Positions 35,977-47,645 of a stretch of 48,911 bases of DNA are shown one piece after another (within the stretch, counting starts at the first letter, position 1; each line of letters opens with the position of its first letter). Origin of the DNA: Cyanophora paradoxa CCMP329 (Eukaryota; Plantae; Glaucophyta); assembly GCA_004431415.1 (NCBI GenBank), contig QPMI01000466.1, forward strand, positions 1-48,911. Direction: 5' to 3'. A program made the position numbers and the translations under genes. Below the pieces are notes generated by a model. It saw nothing but the letters and a program-made list of their open reading frames with translations, ran no database searches and was not told the origin of the DNA.

Positions 35977-36579
35977 GGGGAGCTGCAGCTGTTCGGAACT
36001 AGGGGAGCTCGCTATACACTTCAACTGGTTATGCCGCGTGAAGCTTTTCGCAGCCGAGCGCTCCGCCAATTGCCAACGCCACCTTGACTTCTTGTCGGAC
36101 ATCGCTAGTCCCTAGTGCTCCCTACTGGGCGGGCCGGGAAGCCCGGGACCCGTGGCCGGGATTCATTGAATTCGAAGGGGTGCGGCCCACGAAGTCGGCG
36201 GGGTGCACATGGGGGCCGTACGCGTGGGGTACCGTGGAGCCTGGTGGAGGCCGTGCGGCCATGGCCAGTGCTACCGGTACCGTACTACGATACGTGGGGC
36301 CCAAGCCGACCGTACCGGTCCGTACGAGCCGACTGGGGATACGACTCGTACTGTACGAGCCGACCCGTGGGGATATTGATGGCCCTTGATAATTATAAAC
36401 TAGCAGACCACGCCCGGCCCTTTGCAAGTGCGGCAAGTGCGGGCCGCGCGTGGAGGTGCTTGGGGGGGGCAGGGGGCCGGGGGGCAGTCCTAGGGAGGCG
36501 CGAGCCTCGGAGGCGGGAGGCAGGCGGCGGCACCAGGCTGGCGGGCAGGCGAGGGCAGCGGCAGGCGGGGAAGCGGGCG

Positions 36580-36850
36580 GAGCGGCAGGTGGCGTCGGGC
36601 CCTGCGCATGGCCTGCGCAGAGCCGAGGCGTCAGCTCACCCCGGACAGCGGCGCCGGCAGCGCGGCGCGGGGGTGGGGCCCAGTGGCGGCGGCAGGGTGA
36701 GGTGCGCAGCAGCAGCGGCGGGGCGAACCTAGGGCCCGGCCCGGCCTGGAGTGGACGAAGCTGAGGCAGCCGGCGGGGCGGCGGGTGGGGAAGGGGCAGG
36801 TGGCGGCGGGCCCTGCGCATAGCCTGCGCAGAGCCGACGCCGGGTGAGGA
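36580..36850 (+). repeat. GC-rich dispersed repeat, also at ~43150-43365
   Basis: CAGGTGGCG.CGGGCCCT..GCAT.GCCTGCGCAGA at ~36587, ~36798 and ~43317; GGGTGAGGTGC..CTGGAGTGGACGAA at ~36696 and ~43160. Confidence 0.65.
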
Positions 36851-37995
36851 ACCAGGGAGGGGATGGTGGTGCGGACTGCCAGGCGGAAGGCCCGGCCGTC
36901 TGACGGCCGCCGAACCCACCTGTTCCTGCCCCGGCCACGCGCCAGGCCGGGGTGGACAGACCACCGCGGTGGGGGCCCATCATTGGCCGCGGCGGGGGGG
37001 GGGGGGGGGGGGGGGGGGGGTCGTCAGGAGGCTGGAAACCCGGCGGGACGCGCCACTGGAACCTCCCTCCTCCCCGACTCGGCGACCGCGGCCGCCCGAC
37101 CCCGTCCTCCCCGTCCTCCCCCACCGTCTCACGCCCTCCCGCTTCATACCCCTCCGATTCCCCCTCTCCCGACCGACACCCGCCCGTTCCTCTGAGCCCG
37201 GCGGCTCTACCAGGCCCGCTCCCGCACTAGCTCGCCCCCACCCCTGAGCCCGCCTTGCCGGCGACACGGCGGACCGTACTTTAGCATGTACAGATTGGCT
37301 TAGGTTACCGAGTGCCTTCCCGGAGGCCATAGCTTGCTAGGTATAGTCCCAGCGCTAGCTGCAGTTCGTCTAGCCGTCCGCCAGTTTTTTCAGACCTTGC
37401 TCTACCTCTCGCCCTTGGGTAGTCATTCCCTCCTTGCGTAGGACCTCCCCTGTACTGCAGCACTAGACCTAGCCACTAGGGGGGCCCCCCCCAGTCCCAA
37501 TAGCTCGGAATCAGATAGTCTTACGGTTTCGGAACAACGAACTTCCCAAATTCTCCATACTGGAAACTTCGTATCTCTGGGAACTAATGATCAACTCGAA
37601 CAATTAGTTTTGTAGCCCATGGAGATCCCAAGTCAGGAGTCCCGAGAGAAATGGCAATTGTTCAGATAGCAATAGCAATTGTTCCGACGACAAAGAGAAG
37701 AGTTCCCAGAGAAGCCATAAATAGCAGGCTCGCGCACCCGGGCGCCCGCGCCCCCGCCCCGTGCACCCTGCCCTGCAGCGCCGGGGGTTGCCATGCATGA
37801 ATACTGCAATTGCAACACAGCGCCGCCCGCGGCCGCGCACTATCTAGCGCTAGCACTGCGGAGGAGGGAAAGGAGGGCCTTGGGCCAGAAGACCACTCGG
37901 CCTTCCAGCCCACTGAACGTAGTGAGCTCTTCGTTGCCAGGTAACTCCGTGATATCCTCGGGGATCTGCACGCTAGACGTGAATGAACTGAATAA

Positions 37996-38440
37996 ACCAG
38001 CGCCTTCGGACCAAGGGACCCCAGCTACCGGGGGGTACCTTGTCCGAAGACGCCGGCGAAGGCGTACCCCCATCGGGGGCCCGGAGGGGGCGGGCGAGTA
38101 GGGGCATCTAGAGCTAGTGCCCGATCGGGGCCCGCGCGAGGGGGGTACGCCCTCACCAGCGCCTTCGGACCAAGGGACCCCAGCTACCGGGGGGTACCTT
38201 GTCCGAAGACGCCGGCGAAGGCGTACCCCCATCGGGGGCCCGGAGGGGGCGGGCGAGTAGGGGCATCTAGAGCTAGTGCCCGATCGGGGCCCGCGCAGGG
38301 GGGTACGCCCTCACCAGCGCCATCGGACCAAGGGACCCCAGCTACCGGGGGGTACCTTGTCTGAAGACGCCGGCGAAGGCGTACTCCCACCGGGGGCCCG
38401 GAGGGGGCGGAGCGGAGGCAGGGCGGGGTAGGGCATCTAG
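37996..38440 (+). repeat. 158-159-bp GC-rich tandem repeat, ~2.8 copies, with internal inverted repeats
   Basis: ACCAGCGCC.TCGGACCAAGGGACCCC at 37996, 38155 and 38313. Confidence 0.95.
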
Positions 38441-38524
38441 ATATAGCTAGGAGGGTGTACTGCGGGGCGACGGGGGGGGGGGGGGGGGGGAGGGGGGGGG
38501 GACGGGGGGAGGTTCATCTTGGCC

Positions 38525-38953
38525 CGTACCTTGGGCACTAGAATGCCGATGCCGACGAAGAAGAACCCCTCGTCGACGACGTAGACGTCGATCTTGGCGA
38601 CGAAGAGCCGCACCTTGAGGAAGGGCAAGATGTGAGCGACTTTCAAGTAGCCCACAGGTTCCTGTGCGGAAGTCAGATTCAGATTGAGGGGGAAACGTTA
38701 AGGCGCGCAGCTAGACAGATAAGGTGAGCATCGCACCGTTTCGCAACAGAGGAAGTCGGGTGCAGCAAGGGTCAAGGTCTTGACCGCCGAACCGCAGTCT
38801 GCGGGCTGCCTCCTCCTGCGGCGCTTCCGCGCGGGCTAAAACTGCACGTCAGACTCGTTGAGAAATAGGCGGGGGCAGTACCTCGAGCTCCTTGAACACC
38901 GGCGCGGCTGTCGCCTCCGGAACCGCGGCCGCCGCCTCGCGCTTGTCGCCCAT
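38525..38953 (-). pseudogene. Captured intron-containing gene fragment of unknown function
   Basis: MGDKREAAAAVPEATAAPVFKELE|GT..; exon EPVGYLKVAHILPFLKVRLFVAKIDVYVVDEGFFFVGIGILVPK with GC-ending codons, preceded by CTGAC..CAG; ends at a poly-G tract. Confidence 0.45.
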
Positions 38954-40559
38954 GTCCTGCGCAACGACGATCACTCTTCGAGCGCGGAGACCACGACGCT
39001 CACACAAGCGAGCGGAGACCGCAGGGCTGTAGCGCTCACTCAAGCGAGCGGCCGGATGGACTCAACGGAACAGACGAGCGCACGTCCACCGACCGCTCCT
39101 GCGCAACATGTTCAGCGCAAAGAGCACATAAAACGACCGCGGCGCCTCCCGACGGTTGCCGGTCGAACCTTGCGAGGAAGCCGCCCGCTTCTAGGAGCGC
39201 TCTGGGAAGCACCGCGGAAAATGCCGCTCGGCGCTCGGCGAGGAAGCCGCCCGCTTCTAGGAGCGCTCTGGGAAGCAACGAGCACATGAGCGCTCGGCAG
39301 CCCGCCGGGGACGGGCCGTCGGACCTGGTCTGTTCAAAACCCGGCTGCAGCCGACTGCCGCGGCTTCCCTGCGCGAGAGCAAGGCACAGCAGCTCGCTAG
39401 AGGTCCCTAGACGCTGCTCGAGCGCGAGTTAGGTGCAGGTTGGGCCGCTATTTGAAGCTGCTGGCCGTTAGCGAGGATCTACGTATACCCCGGACCAGCC
39501 GGATACCCTGGGCCCAGCAGCAAGCCGAGCTCAGCCTACCGTTAGCCTGGCCTACAGCTAGCCAACGGCCGACGGCCTACAGCAGCCCGCCGCCGGACGT
39601 CAATCGGACACCTGCCGCGTTGAGAGCCCGGCCGGCCCACCGTCCGCCGGGGCGGGCGTGCGAGACTACACTGACCACATACGCAGATTGCACGCACTGC
39701 AGGAGTTTGCGCTACTGTCGCGCGTCGCTCGCTCGGCCACGCGCCTTTGAACTGACCCCACCACACAGATTCCACGACGCGCTGCCGTGCGTGCCAGTGC
39801 GCTTGCGCTCGTATCGCAGCATTTTGCTCTCTTTTTCATAGAAGTGCTAATACGGTGCATAGATATACGCCTGCCTCGTCGTGGCCTTCGGGCGCTCGAT
39901 TTGATCCGAGTCTGTCACGGACCCCACCTCGAGAATCTCATGCTAGTGGACAGTGCAGGGCGCGCGCCGCTCTGCATAGTGGCAGGATCTTGTATAACGT
40001 CTAAAACTGGATTGTTTCGCTGTCTAGGATCGAGCCCAGGCCCTGCGCACACGCCACAGCACGGGCTCTCGAAGGGCTCGATGTTAGAGCAAGCCGCCTG
40101 GCCGCATTCTCGCTGGACTCACTGAGTTAAATGAAAGTATAATGGATGTTCATCATGCTGTCCGATTTTCATCTTGCACGATCATGCGGCACCGTGGCAC
40201 GTTCAATATCGATCATGATCCGATGATCACTGATCATGAGTCAGTGTTATGATGAGAAGTTAGAGTCGTACTTTCGGCTTGTGAAGTCAAAGTGATAGTG
40301 CGGCACTATGTCAACCAGCACATCTCATATAATTATATGCTATAGACATCTCCCTTTCAATAAACTTAGTTATTTAAGCGTGAATCTCCTTCGGTGGCTT
40401 GCTCCGAGGCCCTAGGATCCGGACACGAAGGGGGAAGGGGTGCATCTGATTCTCAGAGTCTGTTCTAGATCTGCAGTGCCACAGTGCGCACTCTCGCGCA
40501 GCCAGGCCATGAAGCAGTACGTCAAAGCAACATATTTTGACGTGGTAACTAGCCTTGAA

Positions 40560-42060
40560 GCCGCAGAGCCCCCGCCCCGTGCGGCGAGCCACGCCGCAGA
40601 GCTGTTGCCCGCCGCGCCGCTGCCCCGCGTCTGCGCCGCCGTCCGCAAAGCCGCCCGCCGCGCCGCCGCCCGCCCGGCGTGCCGCGCCGCCTCCCGCCGC
40701 GTCCCCGCCCCGCCCGTCGAGCTGCGCCGCCGCCCGACGAGTCTCCGCCCGCCCGGCGAGCCGCGCCGCCGCCCGACGAGTCTCCGCCCCGCCCGGCGAG
40801 CGGCGCCGGCACTCGCCAAGCCCCCGCCCCGTGCGGTGAGCTGCGCCGCCGCCCGCCGCGTCCCCGCCCCGCCCGTCGAGCTGCGCCGCCGCCCGACGAG
40901 TCTCCGCCCCGCCCGGCGAGCGGCGCCGGCACTCGCCAAGCCCCCGCCCCGTGCGGTGAGCTGCGCCGCCGCCCGCCGAGCCCCCGCCCCGCCCGGCGAG
41001 CCGCGCCGCCGCCCGACGAGTCTCCGCCCCGCCCGGCGAGCGGCGCCGGCACTCGCCAATCCCCCGCCCCGTGCGGCGAGCTGCGCCGCCGCCCGCCGCG
41101 TCCCCGCCCCGCCCGTCGAGCTGCGCCGCCGCCCGCCGAGCCCCCGCCCCGCCCGGCGAGCGGCGCCGGCACTCGCCGCGCCGCCGCCCCGCCCCGCGAG
41201 CCGTGCCGCCACCCGCCGCCCCGCCGCCCCGCCGGCGTGCCACGCCGCCGCCGCCGCGTCCCCGCCCCGCCCGGCGTGCCGCGCCGCCGCCCGACGAGTA
41301 TCCGCCCCGCCCGGCGAGCCGCGCCGTCGCCCGCCACGCCGCCGCCCCGCCCGGCGAGCCGTGCCGCCGCCCGCCGCGTCCCCGCCCCGCCCGTCGAGCT
41401 GCGCCGCCGCCCGACGAGCCCCCGCCCCGTACGGCGAGCCGCGCCGTCGCCCGCCGCGCCGCCGCCCCGCCGGCGAGCCGTGCCGCCACCCGCCGCCCCG
41501 CCGCCCGCCCGGCGTGCCACGCCGCCGCCCGACGAGCCCCCGCCCCGTACGGCGAGCCGCGCCGTCGCCCGCCGCGCCGCCGCCCGCCCGGCGAGCCGTG
41601 CCGCCACCCGCCGCCCCGCCGCCCCGCCCGGCGTGCCACGCCGCTGCCCGCCGCGTCCCCGCCCCGCCCGGCGTGCCGCGCCGCCGCCCGACGAGTCTCC
41701 GCCCCGCCCGGCGAGCCGCGCCGCCGCCCGGCGAGTCTCCGCCCCGCCCGTCGAGCTGCGCCGCCGCCCGCTGCGTCCCCGCCCCGCCCGTCGAGCTGCG
41801 CCGCCGCCCGACGAGTCTCCGCCCCGCCCGGCGAGCCGCGCCGGCACTCGCCAAGCCCCCGCCCCGTGCGGTGAGCCGCGCCGCCGCCCGCCGAGCCCCG
41901 GCGCCGTGCGGTGAGCCGCGCCGCCGCCCGCCGAGCCCCGGCGCCGTGCACGTGCGGCGAGCCGCGCCGCCGCCCCCCGAGCCCCCGCCCCGTACGGAAA
42001 GCCGCGCCGCCGTCCGCCACGCCTCCGTCTCGCCCGGCGAGCTGCGCCGCCGCCCGCCGC
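40560..42060. repeat. GC-rich ~40-bp minisatellite with 120-bp higher-order repeat
   Basis: Units such as CCCGCCCCGCCCGTCGAGCTGCGCCGCCGCCCGACGAGTC; lines 40801, 40921 and 41041 repeat at a 120-bp period. Confidence 0.9.
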
Positions 42061-43551
42061 ACCTCCGCTCCGTCCCGTGAGCCGCGCCGCTGTCTGACAA
42101 GTACGAGGTACGAGGTCGCGTCGCGAACACCTCCGCCCCGTCCCGTGAGCTCTGCGAGCCTGTGGTCGATGGCGAGGCTAGTCTTTCAAAAGTCTAGGAC
42201 AGCCTCGACACGCGCTCGAGCCGGACGCGCTCTAGAAACGAAAGCTTGACCAGGAGCGCCATCGCTAGCCTCGTGGCAATTCGCCTCATCCTCGGCGGGT
42301 CACTGGAACCTGCGAATTGTGAGCCAATCTGACCAGTAAGGCCCGATTCAGCGCACTTTCTTCAGCCGGCTCCGCTTGTCAGCGCTTCGCCGTTTGGGGG
42401 GTACTAGCACCACTTAACAGCACGCAGTACCCCAACGAGCCACGGCACACCCAGAACCGCGGGCTCTAGCTGTGCAAACGCGTTCTCTATAGCACAAAGG
42501 CCTTCCTAGCAAAGCGTGGGCGCCTGCGCGGCCCGCGTGCGCTCTTCCTACAAGGCGGGCGGTCGGCACCCCTACTGAGAGGCCCGGCGCGGGCCGCACA
42601 CGCACCAAACACGAAATCACATCCACAGCTAGCGTTTAGAAGCGCTCAGGAGGCCGCCCGCGCTGATCGACTCGGCGGCTGCAACCGAGCTCCGGAGCCG
42701 CGCCCGCGGTGCCAGTCGTAGTTATGACCCCTACGTAGCTGCCCTAGCGCACTGATAGTGCTCCCCGGGCGCCCTGTGCCGCGCGCCGGCCGCGCCGTGT
42801 TCTCTGTGGACAGCTCTGGATTGCTCTCGTTACAACTGACGCTGTCGGTACTACATGATCGTACGAGAGCTGTGCATAGTGCGAACGAAGTTGGGAACTT
42901 CGTTGTTCCGATTTACAATAGTCACAGTTTTGCCAGCAAACTTCATGATTCCGAGCTATTGGAACTGGGGGGGGGCCCACTAGTGTAGCCCCGGGGTAGC
43001 CTTTCCAGTTATCTCCACATCCGAGCTCCACCCGGTCCGATGTCCGAAAGGCTTAGTCCCTTAGGTTCATCTCTCGACTTAACACAGATGGACACCGCAG
43101 TTATATCTCTAGCCATTAATATTTGTCTCGGTGTGTGCGAATTCATATAAATAGACGCCGGGTGAGGTGCCCAGGAGCAGGGCTAGCGGCAGGATGAACC
43201 TGCAGCTGGAGTGGACGAAATTGAAGCTGATCATGAGGCAGCGCGCGGGCGCGCAGGGCGGCGGCCGGCCGGGAACTTCAGAAGCGGGTTACTAAGTTAA
43301 CGTTTAACGTTGAGCAGCAGGTGGCGCCGGGCCCTATAAACGCGTATGCATAGCCTGCGCAGACTCTGAGAGTGGCGGCGCGCGCGCTCAGCGACCGTAC
43401 TTCGGACAGTGGCGGCGCGCGCGCGCGCTCACCGGCTTGAACCGGAGGATCCGGAGCGGCGAAGAGCTGGCGTCCGACGGTCTGCGGAGTCCGTCAGGTA
43501 CCCCCAGCACGACAGTCACACGAGAACTCCGACACTGGCATCCTGCCCGCT

Positions 43552-44160
43552 TTGCCCGCGGGTCCTACGAACACTACCCAACCTTCCAAACGCCCCGCTC
43601 CGGGGCCCCCCATGGCCCCTCCCCCGAAACGAACACGCCCGTCGCCTGCCTCACGTAAACGGACAGCCGATACCCCCTCCGCCCCGGCACCCAAATGCCC
43701 GCGCCCCGCGACCCCTCCCCCTCCCGCCTCTACACCCGCCCCGCCCGTACCTACGGCGAAAAGAAAGGCAACCGGCCGCAAGACTCCCAGGCGCATGACC
43801 AAAAAAGCGCGAACGGTGCCGATACCCACGGGGCAACCCACAATCACGTCCCTCTTTGCACCCCCACTTACGACGCTGCAAGCAGCCAACTCCCCCTCCC
43901 CCCCCTTGCTTCAGCTGACCCCCCCGCTCGGGACCTCGCAAGACGCTGCCCCTCGGCCCCCTACGGTCTCCCCCCCGGCCCCAACCGGCCCTCAAGTGTC
44001 AGACCCCCCGCTGGCTCCGGCCACCCCTATGGCTTCGGCCCCCCCAATGGCCTCGGCCCCCCCTTTGGCTTTGGCCACCCCATCGGCTTCGGCCACCCCC
44101 CTGGCTTCGGCCAACCCCATGGCTTCGGCCACCCCCCTGGCCTCGGCCCCCCCCCTCTAA
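43552..44160 (+). CDS. Pro/Lys/Arg-rich protein with H3-tail-like and PIP-box-like motifs (first in-frame ATG at 43612)
   Basis: Uninterrupted ORF containing TAKRKATGRKTPRRMTKKARTVPIPTG-QPTITSLF, with eight C-terminal 18-bp repeats at 44011-44154 encoding [LM]ASA[TP]P-type hexapeptides. Confidence 0.5.
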   Translation: MPAGPTNTTQPSKRPAPGPPMAPPPKRTRPSPASRKRTADTPSAPAPKCPRPATPPPPASTPAPPVPTAKRKATGRKTPRRMTKKARTVPIPTGQPTITSLFAPPLTTLQAANSPSPPLLQLTPPLGTSQDAAPRPPTVSPPAPTGPQVSDPPLAPATPMASAPPMASAPPLALATPSASATPLASANPMASATPLASAPPL

Positions 44161-45541
44161 CCCGGTCGACCCCTCCCGCACTGCGGTACGGCGTTGTATG
44201 GGCCCATAGTCCTGGAAGCAACTCCACGATCGCGACAGCTAGCTCTACGATCGCCACAGCCATGAATTGCATGCTGCTATGACGCTCGATTGCAAGCATG
44301 TAGAGCTTTTACTAGCCATTGAATAAACATTCCTGCCCCGGGGCAGTGCAGCCTCTGGTCTGTATCAGGTCTCCGCCGGCACGGAAATGTTTAAAATGCC
44401 AGAAGGATAGATCGATATCCGGACAACATATATAATTTTCACGCAGAATTCAAATATTTAATACCTATAGTAGCCGGCGCCCGTAATTTTGAAATATTTC
44501 GTATATATCATCAGAATTAAACCGGGTAAATAGGGAGGAGCGAGAGTGCTGAGGGATGAAAATCGGAAGGGTAGAAGGAATGATGGGGTACGACATCGAC
44601 CTCCCGGCGGCGGGGGTCTGCAATCGCGAGAGGAGGAGAGTCGTGAAGAGCGCTATTAATATTGGTAGCTAGCTATATAGCTGTGCTGCATCGATCAGCT
44701 GCAGGTAATTCGGATTGTTTGCATGAACGCGCAACAAGTATCAGTACTAGTACTAGATTTAGCGCCCGCTCGAGCTCCACCTCCTACCCTCGCGCGCCCG
44801 CTGCCGGGGGACCTCGTACCGGCCGCGGCCCGCGACCCATGGCCGGCACCTAGCTAGCACCTTCGGCTAGATAGTTGACCGGTCGGAAGGGCACGTCACG
44901 TAGAACATTGATACATGTGCCGTGGTGTATCAATGCGACGTCCACTTTTGCAAAAAAAAGTACCGGCCGCGGCCCGGATCCGGATCCGGATGCCTAGCTA
45001 TAGGCCCGGCGAGATCTAGAGCACTATTAATATTGGTAGCTAGCTATGTTACATCGATCAGCTGCAGGTAATTCGGAGGGTTTGCAGGTCCTCCTCATGC
45101 CTTGCTTATTGCCGCAGGCCGGGCGCGGCCCGCCGCCGGCCCGGCCCGGGTCGGAGGTGCGGCCCGGCGCCGGCCGCAGCGCCGGCGCGGCGATCCACTA
45201 GTACTCAGGATCCGGTGTACGTATACGTACGCGTCTGGCGGGTCTCCGCCCGTATACGTACTACGGTAACTGCGCCCAGCGATCCGGACCTCAGCCGCCT
45301 GATCAATCCCCGTGTCGCACCAGGAGCCCAGCCGCCGCCCGTCGACGTCGGGCTTCCGAGTATGAGCTTATAATGAAGCTAAGGAGCAGCCGTCCAGGAC
45401 GGCTGGTCGAAGGGTACACGTTGGAATAAGCGCGTAAGACGCCAGGTGCGAGCAGGTAAGGAAGCTGAAGACCAGAGCGTCGGGTGCACGTGCACAGCAT
45501 CACCACAGGGAACCAGCTGACAGCCGCAGCACTAGGTGCAC

Positions 45542-47645
45542 ATGGAGCGAGAGTGTGGTTCGCCGCACGCCGGCGACGATCGTACCGAGAGGCTCGCACA
45601 AGACGACGAGGGCGGTGGCGCGGCCGAAAGGGACATGGAAGGGAACAGTACGGCAGGAGCGCTAGCGGCTCAATCAGGTGAGAGTGCCACGGAAGCGCAG
45701 CGTGCTGGCGTTGACCGGACTGGAGCAGTGATTGATCTGGACTCGGCCGACGAGACAATGGAGTCGAGAAAGACGACGAGCGAGGCGCCGGCGCTTTCAG
45801 GCGATGCCGAAGGCGACGGAGCTCCAGGTGATACCGTAGACTAAGCGAGCGCCGCGCCCTGACGCTGACTGTAATCGAGCAGTGATCGATCTGGACTCGG
45901 CAGAAGGTGCAAAGGACACGGGCGGGACGGCGCGCGCGGCGGCGACGGCAAATAACCCCGCGGAAGGCGACAGTCAGACTGCGAGCGCGCCGGCTGAAGG
46001 CGACATCGCAGGTGCCTGCCCGGACCCCCTCTCGAACGAAGCGACTGACAACTTCGGGTTGGCGGCAGGCTTGGACGGGGGCGCATGTACACCCGGCGGC
46101 AGCGATAGTGGATCAGCCGGAGTGAAGGAACTGACCTCCGATGGCTCGCGGTGTGACGTCACGATTGGCCCAGGACCAGGTTCGAGCGACCAAGGCGACA
46201 TAGCAGGTGCATGCGCGCAGCCCCGCTAGAACGATGCGACTGACAACCTCGGTTCGGCTCTGCGGCAGGCTCGGCGGGGTGCCAGGCGTAATAGGCGGCA
46301 GCAATGCTGGAGCCGCAGATGGGATGCGCCTATCAGAGAAGAGCCCGCGGCGTCACAGCACAGGTGCGGTCATTGGAACTTTGAAATTGGCGCGATATAT
46401 GTAGTTCTGATGCGTACAAAGATGGTCGCGCTGTACAGCCGAAAGTCGAGCCCGCCGATGCAATGCGAACCACAAGATCTAATGTCCCTGCGCCGCCCAA
46501 TATGCGGCGGCGCCCGGACGAAGTGAAACAAGAACGGGCATCAAGCCCCCCCCAGGCGAGAACCACGAGATCGAATGTCCCTGCGCCGCCCAATCTGTGG
46601 CGGCGCCCGGACGAAGTGAAACAAGAGCGGGCATCAAGCCCCCCCCAGACTACGGTTCGTTCATCAGGTGCACGAACGAAGGAGCAGCGTCTGTCGCAAG
46701 GATACGGCAGTTAATTGTCCTTCGAGCCCGCAGGCATGGCGTCATCGCGCGGTACTGGCAAGGGCAAGGAAGCAGGCGAGGTGGCGGGCGTACCACCCGT
46801 CGCCACATCGAAAGGTACGCAACCGGTGCACCGTAATATCCACTCGAGATGGTCACAGTTCACATGCTCGCAGGCAAGTCTCGAGTATAGACAGTCAACC
46901 TGGAGGGCCTGGTGAGCGGCAGGATGCGTTGAATTTAAGAGGTCCCGAACACCCTCGAGGGAGCGACCCCTTAGACTCAATTGCAGGCAACCAGCGCGAG
47001 GGTTCGAAGGGGCGGAGTCGACTGATGCAGGAAAGGGCACCGAGGCGTCACGGGGTACGGTCACGATCGCTGACTGCATTCCCCATACATCATGCATAAC
47101 TGCAGCCGATCTGACTGAGATGCAGGATCGTCTGGGAAAGCGCGAAAGAAGCAGGCGCCGTTTATTTGTGATAACTGTGGCATAACGTTCAAAGGAAAGG
47201 GACGCACATTGATGCATGCAAACGGAAGTCAGGTGCCAAACATGCCTCTCATGTGCGCCGGCTGGTGTGCGAACGGTACTCATTGAATTTATCCAGCAGC
47301 TTCCGAAGCTACGAGCAAGAAGGCCGACGACGACCGTCTCCCTTGCCCCGCTGCTAATTGCAATCGCACGTATGCCAGCAAGAAGACCCTGTCCAATCAC
47401 ATGAAGACCTGCCCCAAGTACAACGCTGAAACCAGTAGTGGTATGTCGAGCGATGCGATGTGAGTAATCGCTGACGCATGGCGCCTTGAGTAGAGGGCGA
47501 GACGGATGGGGAGGACGCGTACGAGGACGAGGAGGCGTACGAATCGGCGGGTAGTGTGATCGAGGAGAGCTCTTCTGCTGCAAAGAAGGACGGGGGCCCA
47601 AGTGCGAACACGCGGAATTCGAAGAAGGCTAAAGTCTCATCAGAG
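45542..47645 (+). pseudogene. Acidic low-complexity protein with a C2HC zinc finger; multi-exon or degenerate
   Basis: AVIDLDS x2, 93-bp tandem duplication (46466-46651) encoding RTTRSNVPAPPN..EVKQERASSPPQ, and LPCPAANCNRTYASKKTLSNHMKTC at ~47338-47412. In-frame stops at 45842 and 46227. Confidence 0.5.

Larger units (their letters stand above)
37474..42985. mobile_element. Non-autonomous CACTA-ended (CMC) element, ~40-bp imperfect TIRs, 4-bp TSD TAGC
   Basis: Left end TAGC|CACTAGGGGGGCCCCCCCCAGTCCCAATAGCTCGGAATCA; right end TGATTCCGAGCTATTGGAACTGGGGGGGGGCCCACTAGTG|TAGC. A second inverted block TCGGAACAACGAA.TTCCCAA is present at both ends. No transposase inside. Confidence 0.85.

Noticed and set aside
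36993-37020. Poly-G/C tracts (also ~5504-5524, 38472-38509, 48371-48399) read as poly-Pro/Gly proteins
   Set aside because: Simple homopolymers of uncertain assembled length; the ORFs through them lack other support.
39172-39277. 40-bp direct repeat spaced 66 bp apart
   Set aside because: Only two copies; an ordinary local duplication inside the Pack element.
40374-42130. Long 400-570 aa ORFs on both strands
   Set aside because: They result from a GC-rich minisatellite that lacks stop codons; there is no start context or recognisable domain.
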